In this document: positions 39,093 through 50,995 of the stretch, one piece after another
How positions within the stretch are numbered: the stretch's first letter is position 1
Layout: every line of letters starts with the position of its first letter
Source: Anolis carolinensis
Lineage: Eukaryota
Length of the DNA: 64,000 nt
Assembly: GCF_035594765.1 (NCBI RefSeq)
Contig: NC_085841.1
Coordinates: 342,311,402 to 342,375,401, forward strand
Direction of reading: 5' to 3'
Notes under the pieces: model-generated
Seen by the model: the letters and a program-made list of their open reading frames with translations, nothing else
Told to the model about the DNA's origin: nothing
The model's database searches: none
Translations under genes and position numbers: made by a program

Positions 39093-39656
39093 TGTCAATG
39101 TCACAACCACCAAATACAGGCAGGATGCGTACAAACAGTCTCAGATCTAACCAAATAATCCAAAAAATATCAATCAGAGGACTGCGTAAGAGGGAAATCC
39201 AAATGTCAGTTTCAAGGTCAAGAGCCAAATATCAGGTATATCCAAGATGTACGGTTGAGTCCACAATTCCAAAGCTGATGTTCTAAAGTAGTCCAGGTCC
39301 TAGGGAGCACAAGAGATCAGGAGTCCAGGGCTTGGCTCAAGCTCAAGATGTTACAGCCAGCAATCAGATCACAAACTCCAGTCTATTCAGTTCAAATTTC
39401 ACATGTGTTACCTGTTGCTGGTTCTCTTCTCAGCTAACCTCAATGATCTTTGCAGCTGAGACCTTTCTTTCTTTAACTCCACCAGATCAGGAACAGTTAA
39501 CTCCTCCTCAGCCTGTTCAGCAGAAGTCTCTTGTATTTGATCAACAGGCTGAGTAGTTGTTCCTTCAGGAAATGGGTGGGGGAGTTGCTGTGCATTACTA
39601 GGCTCCAGTTCTACTGCTGAGCCTTCTATCAGCAATCTTTCATCCACGCTCTCTAC
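39093..39656. mobile_element. Unclassified insertion (possible truncated LTR) inside the mariner fossil
   Basis: Separates QQDG from the following codons of the transposase. Begins TGTCA/TGTCAC; no clear CA end or TSD. Confidence 0.4.
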
Positions 39657-41650
39657 GCCATCTTGTTGGAAGTAAAATTGATCATTCCCCCAATGTGTAC
39701 AAATGTCAGGTAAAATAAAAACGTTTCATTTTGTTGTTTTAAGAATGCATAGTATGCTTGTTCTGCTAACTTCTGTCTCACATGCACATTGTTTGATAGA
39801 CTACTGTTCTGAGTGTGTAAACCATTCCAACACCATAGCAGAAGAAGTAGGACTTGTTGCTGAGCAAGGCTTCCTATATCTTCCCTTGGGCACATCACAC
39901 ACAGTACCATGCATGTACCTCAAACTTACCATGAATGTATGTAATTGTTAGACGTGTTGAAGGTTTTGTTACATATTCACACCTTCACAACACTCTCAAA
40001 TTTCAAATACCTTCAAAATGGTCTTGCACTCCTTGAATGACAACTGTGGGCTTTTCTACACTGCCATATAATCAAGAATATCAAGGCAGATAATCCACAT
40101 GGTATGCTTTGAACTGGATTATCTGAGGCCCCTTCTACACTGCCATATAAAATCAAGATTATCTGCTTTGAACTGGATTATATGGGAGTGTAGATTCATA
40201 TTACCCACTTCAAAGCAGATAATGTGGATTATGTGTTTTGATAATCTGTATTCTACAGCAGTGTGGAAGGGCCCCGAGTCTACACTGCCATATAATCCAG
40301 TTCAAAGCAGATAATCTCAATTTTATACAACTGAACTATGTAGAACGGGCCTGTGCTTCCACCATTTTCTTTGCCTGTTCTGCCTGTCACATGGTGATGC
40401 TAGCATTCTTTGGATTAATGTCGTCTCTTGAGTGAATGTCATACTACACATTGCTACCATATTTCAATTCAATTTTGAAAAATAATGCATAGATAACATC
40501 TCTTAAAATATGTATACATTTTGACACCAGTTGTATTAAGCAATACAACCAAGCAATGTATGCATATTTTGATAACTTTTGCAAATTAATTCATTTTGTT
40601 TTTTCATGGTTTCCCCCATATACACCATATAACTTGATAGCCCAATATACCTAATAGAGTCCTCTCAATTGTTAGTCTCTTCCCCATGTCTACATTTCAG
40701 ATGAGCAGAACCAACAACAATCAAGTAAGGGTGTTGCCAGGTAATCCAGGTTATCAAAGTAGAAAAGCCACATTATCTTATTTGAACTGGATTATCTTAG
40801 TCTACACTACCATATAATTCAGTTGAAAGCAGATAATGTGAATTTTATTCAGTTGTGTAGAAGGGGCCTAAATGTCATGTCTTGCAGGTTCATGGGTGAA
40901 CGAATCTCCAGAGAATGAAAGATATACATTTAATCAAGTGCCACTTTTTCACTCATGGATTAGTATGAGAAAAGCAGTGGGGAGAAAAACTAGGAAGTTC
41001 AAGCTGGGTCTTTGACTACCTAAGCATTTGTGGAATGTTTCCTATAGTGCTAGACTTTTAACATCCAGTTTTGATTAGTACCAACCAGATTCAATAGGTT
41101 GGTTTGATGCACAAAACTGTTAAAGACTTTTAAAACATATGCATTGTTGAAGGGAAAAAAAAAGATATAAACACTTTTTACATATTCTTCAAACAGAGTT
41201 TACCAGAGCCTGACTCTCCTTAGTTACAACAGCAAAATTGCTTTTCACATGCCTACAATAATTAACAGAGACATTTTCTCTTAGCATTTAGTGTTTCTTC
41301 TCTTATTAATATTAACTACAAAGTGGGCAGCAGAGCTTAATGTGAGGCTAATAATAAACATGAGATGTATCTCACGGAACATGCTGGGGACACGCGCCAC
41401 ATGAAAAGGGTTGGGAAAGAGCCCAACAATGAGCTAGTTGGAAAGGTAGCACCTGCATGTTGATTTAACAGGAAGGCAGAAGAAACAGATGATATATAAA
41501 GCCAAACATTAGGCGCTAGAGAGGTGGGTGACTCAAGCAAATGATTCTGAACGTCATGAAATGAAGCAATTTGTTATTTATTATTCTGGTATTTGCTTTA
41601 AGACAGGCCAGTCTTGTATTACCTGAGCTACAAATTATACTTCACCATTA

Positions 41651-41925
41651 GCTCCCGGTGACATAGTGGGTTAAAGCCTTGTGACTTGAAGGTTGGGTTG
41701 CTGACCTGAAGGCTGCCAGGTGCGAATCCAACCCGGGGAGAGCGCAGATGAGCTCCCTCTATCAGGTCCAGCTCCATGCGGGGACATGAGAGAAGCCTCC
41801 CACAAGGATGGTAAAACATCAAAACATCCGGGCGTCTCCTGGGCAACATCCTTGCAGACAGCCAATTCTCTCACACCAGAAGTGATTTGGGGTTTCTCAA
41901 GTCGCTCCTGACATGAAAAAAAAAA
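41651..41925 (+). mobile_element. tRNA-derived SINE (Anolis SINE2-like)
   Basis: High identity to 38801-39064; A tail. Confidence 0.9.
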
Positions 41926-41947
41926 TAGCAAATAATATGAAACAATG

Positions 41948-42132
41948 GGTGCATCTTCAATGTAGAATGAATGCATTTAGCTGCCACGGCTAAATGATAT
42001 AGAATCATTGAAGTAGTTTTTAGCCTTCACTGTCAAAGAGTGCTAGTTCCTCACCAAACTGCAAATCCCAGGATCCCATAGCATTAAACCATGGCACTTA
42101 AAGTGGCTTTAATTCTGCAGTGTAGATGCATC
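41948..42132. mobile_element. Old palindromic MITE; relatives at ~52120-52930 (split by CR1) and ~53060-53258
   Basis: Ends GTGCATCTTCAATGTAGAAT / ATTCTGCAGTGTAGATGCATC; internal AAACT.CAA.TCCCAGGAT motif. Confidence 0.6.
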
Positions 42133-43237
42133 CAATGACTTCTTCTGAAGCCATATCAGATGTTTTCTCTGCATGTTTTAAGTGGGGATGACCAAACTGA
42201 AGATGTCACTTAAAATAATTATTGAAAATATTTAAAATGATTTCAATAAAATTTTATTTATATGTGGAACTGGATTTTTTTCCTCTCTTGGGGAAAATTT
42301 TTTCCCCCAGAAATGAACCTAACTATGCTGCATTTTTAAATCACTAAATGCATGTCTTCTTGTGAAATATTTCTCTTTTCAGACCTTTGCATACCAAAAT
42401 GCCCAGGAAGCCGGCTGTCAGAGGAGTGACATGTCAGATATGAAGGGGCTTTACAGCTGGTCCCTGTCTGCATGCTGGGATGGCATGCGGAGACATTTTT
42501 CCCCAATTGCTCTACAGCTTTGACAGTCTCACAGTTAAAATGATGTATCATTCTTATGCCTTTCCTTGGTGGACACTTCAAAGTGCATTAGAAACTCCAA
42601 GAGGAGTGCCCTATTGTTAATTGTTTCTTTCAGATGTACATTGGGATGAACATGGCTAAAGCAGAGAGGAACAAAAGGGTTCCGGTGGCCTCTATGGAAA
42701 ACCCCTGTGCAGCTCAACCTGAGTCTGACCTTGAAAGGGTTTCCTTTATTCAGAAAATTGTGCTCTTCACTCCATTGCCCTATTGTCATCCAACTGCAGG
42801 GGAACTGGGACTTGAAAGGAGGAGATGTCGGCACAACATCAAGAGCAACTTTCTGCAACAGCATGGAACATTTTGGTTTTTTGCCTGCGTGCAACACATT
42901 TAATGCTTTATCTAAGAACCTAACTAAAAATGCTAATAATATTGTGTGATTAAGGATTGGAGTTTAAGTTTAGGACAATTTGAATTTTTTCACATAATTG
43001 CCCAACACTCCCTCAAAAAGCTGTTGCATAAAAGTGTGACACTATGATCTATTCTGGACTTATTTTTCTCCTGTTTAGCTACTTTATAAGGAGGGCAGCT
43101 CAAACACATAGACCTTCTTACATTTTCTGTGCATTAGAATTCAACCAAACATCCTCTGCTCTTGTTATTTTTTCTAGTACTACAGCAATGGGCTCCAGAT
43201 TTTGGTAGTTCTTCAGTAATTGTTTCAAAAGCATTTA

Positions 43238-43547
43238 CAGTAGAGTCTCACTTATCCAACACTCACTTATCCAACATTCTGGATTATTCAAAGCTTTTTT
43301 GTAGTCAGTGTTTTCAATAAATTGTGATATTTTGGTGCTAAATTCGTAAATACAGTAATTACTGCGTATTGAACTACTTTTTCTGTCAAATTTGTTGTCT
43401 AACATGATGTTTTGGTGTATAATTTGTAAAACCATAACCTAATTTGATATGTAATAGGCTTTTCCTTAACCCCTCCTTATTATCCAACATATTCGCTTAT
43501 CCAACGTTCTGCCGGCCCGTTTATGTTGGATAAGTGAGACTCTACTG
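43238..43547. mobile_element. Tc1/mariner MITE, family A copy 3
   Basis: TA|CAGTAGAGTCTCACTTATCCAAC ... TTGGATAAGTGAGACTCTACTG|TA. Confidence 0.92.
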
Positions 43548-44323
43548 TATCTCTAAAGGAAGTATTGCCCATATTCTGAACTGATTTTCTGTTTATGATG
43601 CAGGCTGAGACTGATTACTATGTAAAACTATGGCATCATCATGTTTACTGATCATCAATTGATAGTAATCATTCGTTTTACTAATGCCAAAATAAAATAT
43701 CACAGAAAGAAAATGACTCTCTAGCAGCATCAGGAACAATGAACAGCACTTAAAAAAAAGTGAATATTGTGATTTATCAAGATATCATTCTTCCTCAATC
43801 AAATATTATTTTCAACCTGAAAATCACAGTGAGAGAAGGTTGGAATGACTGCACACCTTTCAATGTTTTGCTTACATAAACAAATCATTTTAAATTAATT
43901 ACCAGATCATTGATATCATATGGCTTCACCAGTTTGCTAGGTACTGTGTCTGTTTTCTGTATGGCTTGTTGGTTCATACTGAATGCTTACCTATTACTGT
44001 AGTTTACCTGCATATATAATATTATAATTCTAAGTATAATGATATACTTGAAACTAATAAAAAGATAAATGAGTATTGGAGCAAATCAAGTCTGAACTCT
44101 GACTGAATTATAGATTAATAGATTAAATCAAAAAAGCCATAAGCCTGAGACTTGAGCAGGGCTGTTGATGATAGTGTGACTTGAAGGTCTCTCATTCATA
44201 GGGTTGCCACTTTCTCTAAGTACACACATAGTTTAGTTTACCTATAAAATAATAATCATATACTGTAGATTGTTATACTTACACATAAACTAAATTTACC
44301 TATAATTGTAATCATCTACAGTA

Positions 44324-44505
44324 GAGAGCCAGTATGGTGCAGTAGTTTGAATGGTGGGGTACGAATTTGGAGTTGAATCCCTGCTCATCTGTGGAAACCC
44401 AGTCTGACCTTGGACTATCTCTGCCTCAGAGGAAGGCAAAGCCAAATAATAAACCTGTGATAAGATCACCATAAGTTAGAAATAACTTGAAGGCACACAA
44501 CAACA
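44324..44505 (+). mobile_element. Old tRNA-derived SINE with RTE-like tail
   Basis: A-box-like TGGTGCAGTAGTT, B-box-like GTTGAATCCC, tail TCACCATAAG..ACTTGAAGGCACACAACAAC. Confidence 0.55.
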
Positions 44506-46037
44506 CATGGAATTAGGACAAAGCAAATTTTAAATCGGAAACATTAGAGATGGAGAGAAAACGAAATTGACAGTTTTGCCCAGAGAGGGTTAGGGAATCT
44601 CCTTTAGGAGCAAAACTCTAGAATGTTAAAAGTTTTAGAATATGGAGATGGAAGCAAAAAATAATATGTAAGTATTCAGCTTTTCGATGCAAAAAACATG
44701 TTTGTTTAGATTTTAGGATATTAGAAGTCAAAATCTATTTTGATAGAACCATAGGATCTTATGCAAATGCTGTACTTGTCCACTACCATTCTACCAACTC
44801 ATCTGGCAAAATCTCATGGCAATTGTGTTTCACCATGTGAGTTAGCATTTACGAGATTTCACTAAATTTAGCCTAATGATACTAGAAATACCTGGACTTT
44901 CTAGACAATTAGACATCTCAGCAAACTAACCAAACCAGTAGGATCTCAATGGAAAGCAGATACATTGATGTTGGATGTAAAGGCTTAGACTTGTAAAGCA
45001 CTGGGAACACAACTTATGCAAAATATTAGGAACCACTTCGGCCACAATGAAGCCAGACGGTTGGTGCTTAGCATCATAAAAGTTGCAGAGTAGCCTTTAA
45101 AATTTAAATCAGTCTCTGAAGGAAAGCTAGAAGGAGTTGGGGATAGGCAGCTGGGATCCTAGGCTCAAATACAGGCCTAAAAAAGTTTTCCAATATGTCC
45201 TGATGATCCCAAAGATTTAGACCCATTCTACATTGCCATGTAATCCAGGTTATCAAAGCAGATAATCCACATTATTTGCTTTGAACTGGATTATATAAGT
45301 CAACACTGCCATATAGTCCAGCTCATGTGGCAGTGTTGAAGGAGCCTTAAACACACACACAAACACACTCCTCAGCCACTTTGTCTATAGTCAAGATAGA
45401 AGCAAAGGGCTCATTTTTCTCTTAGGTGATGTATGACCATAAAAGAGTCTTAATCAGAATCCTCTTCTTGTATATTTCAGCTGCATGGCACGTTGCAGAA
45501 GCCAAGACAGAAGCAAATGGTAATGACAATGAACTGTACGGTTTATTCATATGGGAGAGACAGTGTTAACAAATCTAATGCTTATTTCTCTTCAGTTGTG
45601 TAGAATAATTTCCAGACCCTGTTGAGAAGCACGACTAAAGGTAAACCTACAAAAATAGTAATCTATTGTCTGTTCCACATCTTCCAGCTAAGTGTCATTG
45701 CTGTTGAAAGAAATGCTAAAAAGATCATGGACAATCTACTTTGGAAAGTGCAGCCATTCCTTATTTAAAATGTCTTTTAAAGCAGGCTGGTCCTCTTCCA
45801 CCCCATTCAGGTGGAAAAGCCAAATTGCAGGATGGAGAAAAATCACTGTAAGCACAATATTTACAACAGTGCACCCCTGCAGGCAAACTTGTTGATAGTC
45901 CAGTTTGATGCTATCTTTAATTTCACTCAAAATTACTGTGAATGTCAATATAATCTACCACACTGGCAGTTGTCATGGTTGCTGAAATGTTATTGTCATT
46001 CACATTTGATATAGCTTTTATCTACTATGTCAGGAGC

Positions 46038-46283
46038 TTTTTTTCGTGTCAGGAGCAACTTGAGAAACTGCAAGTTGCTTCTGGTGTGAGAGAATTGGCT
46101 GTCTGCAAGGACATTGCCCAGGGGACGCCTGGATGTTTTACCATCCTGTGGGAGGCTTCTCTCATGTGCCCACATAGGAAGCTGGAGCTGACAGATGGGA
46201 GCTCATCCTGCTCCCCGGATTCGAACTGCCAACTTTTTGGTCAGCAATCCTGCTGGCACAAGGGTTAAACCCATTGCGTCCCT
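46038..46283 (-). mobile_element. tRNA-derived SINE (Anolis SINE2-like)
   Basis: Reverse complement of the 41651 family. Confidence 0.85.
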
Positions 46284-46549
46284 TATCAGGAGCTAAAAGA
46301 GGAGTATTTGAACAAGTTACCTGTTTCTATCTCATGTGCTCCCAGGACATTCACACAGTTTAGATGGAAAACGCTATCGCCAGATAGATTCTGTGCCTTA
46401 GAACTCGTCTTCAGTGTTTGTGGATCCCTATAATAAACAGGAACATGAATGATAAAGTGCAAACTATTAATGAGAATCATTTGCATTTCTATTCAAAGCT
46501 TAAATCCAGTGCTAAAGAATTCAGCCTTGTGATGATCCATACTCTAAAA

Positions 46550-46683
46550 CAGGCATGGGCAAACTTCGTCCCTCCAGGTGTTTTGAACTGCAACTCCCAC
46601 AATTACTAGCAGGCTTCTGGCTTTTAGGAATTATGGGAGTTGCAGTCCAAAACATCTGGAGGGATGAGGTTTGCCCATGCCTA
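46550..46683. mobile_element. hAT MITE (same family as 30611)
   Basis: TIR CAGGCATGGGCAAAC; perfect 8-bp TSD CTCTAAAA. Confidence 0.88.
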
Positions 46684-48489
46684 CTCTAAAATCATCACAT
46701 GAAAAAAGTCTCTATTTTTGGAATATTTTCTTCCTGATACATTAAGCTCAGTACATTTAATGGTCAGATATAAATGGTTAGTTGGCCTGAAATCAATGAG
46801 AACTAAGTCATTTTTCACTGGGATTTTAACTAGAGCACTACTAACTTAATTCAAAGCCACTGTGTACAAATTTTGTTCAATTATCCTAAATGAAACGCCA
46901 GAAAAGAATCAATGATCCAACTATATTTAGACATTTGGATTTTACAAGATCTCCCTCTTACTGGTTCTTTCTTTGGTTTTATTGTAAGCTGCTTTCTTTC
47001 ATCTGTTTTGCTTTATTCTTGTATTATTGCTCTTTTGTGAAATGAGGATTTTATTTAGTATACCACCCAATAACATATATTATCTTTAATGAATAAAAAT
47101 AATGAACAAATCAATGAACGGCTTAATACGATGGCTCATAATTCATTCTATCTGTGTAAGTATTATTCACAAAATACAGCACTGTAACACTATACATACA
47201 TCTTTAGAATTACATCTCACATGGCCATTCCTCTGAATACCTCTATAGTGAGAGTTATTTCTAGATCATTAAGAATATGTCCAGTCTATAAGTTTATGTT
47301 AGTTGTTATTTCCAGTACTTTCTTGTGGTGTTTTAAGAATGCAGTGATTTTAAAATATTCCATCGCTTGGGATAAAACACTTGCTGAATTCATCAGCCAG
47401 CATTTGACAGAATAAAGGATCCTATATCTTGCATTGTTTGTCCTAAGTTTGGAAACAGTTGGACTCATGTCTGCGCTAGTCTTGGTTGTGAGCGGGCCTA
47501 CACATTGCTAGTTGGCTTTATTCCTGAATGTCTAGCATTTCTGAAATTCGCTGAGGGCAGCCCCTCCCCCCCCCCATTACTTTCCTATTTTTAAAGATCT
47601 CCGTGGGGATAACACACAGTGTGGGACTCCTGGCTTTCGCATGCTATTAAGTTATTGCCACCCCCAAGGACAACCCCGCAAGGAGGATGAGGACTCACAT
47701 AACTCTGAATCAATAAAGGAAGCAGCTCAATTAGCATTTCACATGCTTTTCTTCCCTCTCTTCTTACCTTCCCTGCAGTGGGCATGCTTTCCCCTTAAAG
47801 GATTGTCCTGTTTCTGCTCCTTGCCAGCGTTGGCAGGGTGACAGTAGTCGAGTGTGCAAACGTGTGCTATTGTCCTGGGGCCAAGGGGAGTCATGGAGAC
47901 CCACTAATATGACACAGGAAAATGTTTGCTGATGGCAATTCTATGGGCTTTGTCTAACTCTTTCTCCATCATGACGACTCGATTTAAGTCTCTAACTGTT
48001 TGACTACAGATGCAAGAGTACTATCCAACTCCATCCTTTTGTCCAAGTGGTTTGAATGGGTAATTCAGCTTTTGTGTGGCTCAATTGAGGGGGCAAACAT
48101 AAAGACAAGATTCTTGAGCGCTCAAGCTCTTTTTCCATGGATATCTGCACATCTCTTTAGAGATTTGTTCCTTTCCTACCTTTTTCTGACATCACCCTCC
48201 CTTTAAAGAGGGGCGAAAGCCCCGATCAAGAACAGTTTAAAAAGTAGGCTAGCCAGGTTTTCCAAACTAGCATTGTCCAATGTTACTCAAGCATGCTTAC
48301 TGCCAGCCTTCAGACAGCTTTGGAGTAGTTTAGAGGAAAAGGGCCTCTGCAAACTTTCTTTACTCATCCTCAGCATATCATGTTTGATTGTGTTTAAGGG
48401 GGGGAAAGTGGGGAGGGGAGGGTCTGGAAACAGGCAGAATGGTAGGAATCACAGGGAAATGATCGTATTTATTAGCTGTCTTTCTGTGG

Positions 48490-48725
48490 CTGTCCCCATG
48501 GTGACAATTTGTGATGGCAAAGAATGTGAGAACGGGGAGCCCAATGCCTGATTGGGATGCTTTGTATTTGGCAAAGTGGCTTCTGATTGGCCTGAGAAAG
48601 CCTCCTAACTAGAAGGACTTGATATTCATTCAGCTTACTCAAGTGCTGCAAAACACTCACAGGGTCCGGCTGCTTCTCTAAAGGTTGGTAGTGTCTAACC
48701 TATGTAACAAGATTAGCTGGTGAGC
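48490..48725 (+). promoter_or_regulatory. FAM181A: Candidate FAM181A promoter and non-coding first exon
   Basis: X-box-like GTCCCCATGGTGAC (48492-48505). CCAAT at 48541 and ATTGG at 48551 and 48586. Donor-like CTG|GTGAGC at 48719/48720. TE-free. Inferred; no transcript data. Confidence 0.45.
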
Positions 48726-50029
48726 GTCTTCTTCTCTACCAGGGAATTACAGTAACACTCGATATTTAAGAGACAATCTCGCCGGGAGGGGTGTATGTGT
48801 TTAACTTGGGACTGCCATGAAAGTGATGCATAGTTTTTGACTCAAAGGTTAAATGGTACCTGACTAACAAGATTAACTAGTGGGGGTCATAACTAGTAAA
48901 TGATGTTTGTTAGACAGAGAAGGGGGAGTAATGTATTGAAAGGTGGATTGGGTTATGAATATATGTATGGTGTGATGCACACATTGCCTATCCGTTTGCT
49001 GAATCGCTTAAGGGTGTGTGTTGTACAGCAGAATCGCCACAGTGGTTCTGAACTCCATAGGAAAGAAACAAGAGCACGAGAAACAAGTCCTATATCAGGA
49101 CCATGCTGTTTTGCCTAAAGTTATTGTCATATTTATGCTAGCTTTCCTTTGTGCAGAGTATAGTGTGTGTTCGCGTATGTGTGTGTATAAGAGAGAGAAT
49201 GATGCAGTTATGAGATAATTATTCAGGTGTCTAAAATTAGAATGTGATACACTGGATTCAATGTATAGAATTTACATTGAAATTGCATTGTGGGTCTTAC
49301 TTCTAAGTAGATATGTACAAGATTATGCTGTATAAAAGAACTTAATGGGAATTGCATGAAACGTACCAATGGTCTTAAGGAGCTGTGTACATACAAAAAT
49401 GCACACAGAGAGTAGCACATCATATGGACAAAACAGATTTGTTCATATGATGTGCAACTCTATGTCTATATGTCATGTTTTTGGATAACTGCTCCTATAA
49501 CATATATTGTCCAATTAGTGTGCACATGTAAGTGATAGTAATATTTGTGTACATTGAATTTTCAGTCTTGGTATAGAATTCTGTGGGAAACAAAGACACA
49601 TACAATTTTTAAAAGTGCTGTTTCATGCAGCGTGTTATTAGCAGGTTTGCACCTGCAGCATACACCCGAGATGTTGAACTGTAATACTCAAGATGGCTAG
49701 ACACAGTCTCACATTGTGTACAGTTATTAAATAAATAAATACCACATGGCCCCACACATCACACATTAAGGTAGATAAATGCATATATCCAAACACTCGC
49801 ATATACCTATATTTCTATCCCTCATAGCAGGTGCTTCCACAGTATGCAATTGTCCTACATCAAACTGAAACTTTTATGGGGATTTCAGATGTTGTCTTCA
49901 TCCATTTGTAGACCACTTCCACATTTTCCTAATTCTGACTTTTTTGTATCACTACGGTCATGTAGATGATTATTGCACATTAGGTTGCAAAATCTAAACC
50001 ACTGCAAAAATATTTTTGCTGCTATGGTT

Positions 50030-50355
50030 TGAGTATTGCTTATCCAAAATGCTTGGGACCAGAAGTGTTTTGGATTCTTTGAATTTTGGAATACCTGTAT
50101 TTCATATAAGTACATCATGAGATATCTTGGAGATGGGANNNNNNNNNNNNNNNNNNNNNNNNNNNNNNNNNNNNNNNNNNNNNNNNNNNNNNNNNNNNNN
50201 NNNNNNNNNNNNNNNNNNNNNNNNNNNNNNNNNNNNNNNNNNNNNNNNNNNNNNNNNNNNNNNNNNNNNNNNNNNNNNNNNNNNNNNNNNNNNNNNNNNN
50301 NNNNNNTTTTGGATGTTGGAGTATTTTGAATTTCTGTGTAAGGGATGCGCTACAG
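50030..50355. mobile_element. Tigger-like MITE spanning the assembly gap (paralog of 53354-53941)
   Basis: Both gap flanks align to the 53354-53941 element. Confidence 0.7.
50139..50306. other. Assembly gap (168 N)
   Basis: Run of N. Confidence 1.
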
Positions 50356-50889
50356 AGTAAAATAAGATCTAAACAATTCCAACACATCTTGCATCTAAGA
50401 CAGAATTGTAGTAGTTTGAGATCACGTTTACTATCATGCATTTATAGAATTTGTAGTTCTGTGAAATATTAACCCTTGTCTGCCAGGAAACTCAGGTGTC
50501 ACAATAAACTTCAAATTCCAGGATTCCATTTCATTGGATTGACCACATCAGCTCTAGTTTCTTATACATGGTTATCATGATTGTCTACGGGCGAGCAAGT
50601 GAAGGCTGACATGTGGCATATGTTCTGTAGCTCAAAAACTAGAGATGATAAGGGAAACTTACCAGGTCAAATATACCCAGAAACAGAGCTAATATTTAAA
50701 ATACTAAAATTACAATTTTTCAGTGAGGATGGTCTCTGAGCTCTTTTTGACTAAAATGAATATGCCTCAGTTTAGGAAAACATTACCTGCCATTGATTTT
50801 GCATCAAGGGGGAAAGGACCTGCAATTTATGTCAAGGTTCACAATTTGCCATGGTCCTGTTTTAGCCTGCTTTAAACCTCCTCCAATGT

Positions 50890-50914
50890 TGTGTGCCTGT
50901 GTTTGTATCCCCAG
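50890..50914 (+). promoter_or_regulatory. FAM181A: Candidate splice acceptor of the FAM181A coding exon
   Basis: TGTGTGCCTGTGTTTGTATCCCCAG|G, 81 nt upstream of the ATG. Confidence 0.55.
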
Positions 50915-50995
50915 GGCTACTACTAAAGATAGAAAAAGGGAAAGAGACCTTCATGGATGAGCCCTTCTTCTTCCTTCTCCCCTGAGCTGTGAGAT

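Larger units (their letters stand above)
38630..40045 (-). mobile_element. Fossil Tc1/mariner transposase gene interrupted by a SINE and an LTR-like insert
   Basis: Degenerate, frameshifted minus-strand translation contains YFQQDG (~39657-39677), HSPDL.PLDFFPWG (~38675-38722) and HGTVCDVPKGR (~39880-39912), matching mariner QQDGAPxH and PxSPDLNPLDF motifs. Confidence 0.72.

Noticed and set aside
1-48000. Exons of PRIMA1, the expected upstream neighbour by human synteny
   Set aside because: No PRIMA1-like peptide (signal peptide, proline-rich attachment domain, TM helix) recognised in the ORF track or by eye; very short exons could be missed.
48210-48223. GGGGC-GAAA-GCCCC GNRA hairpin as a structured RNA or terminator
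   Set aside because: Only a 5-bp stem with no supporting context; plausible by chance in 64 kb.
50036-50441. ORFs spanning the N run
   Set aside because: Artefacts of the assembly gap.
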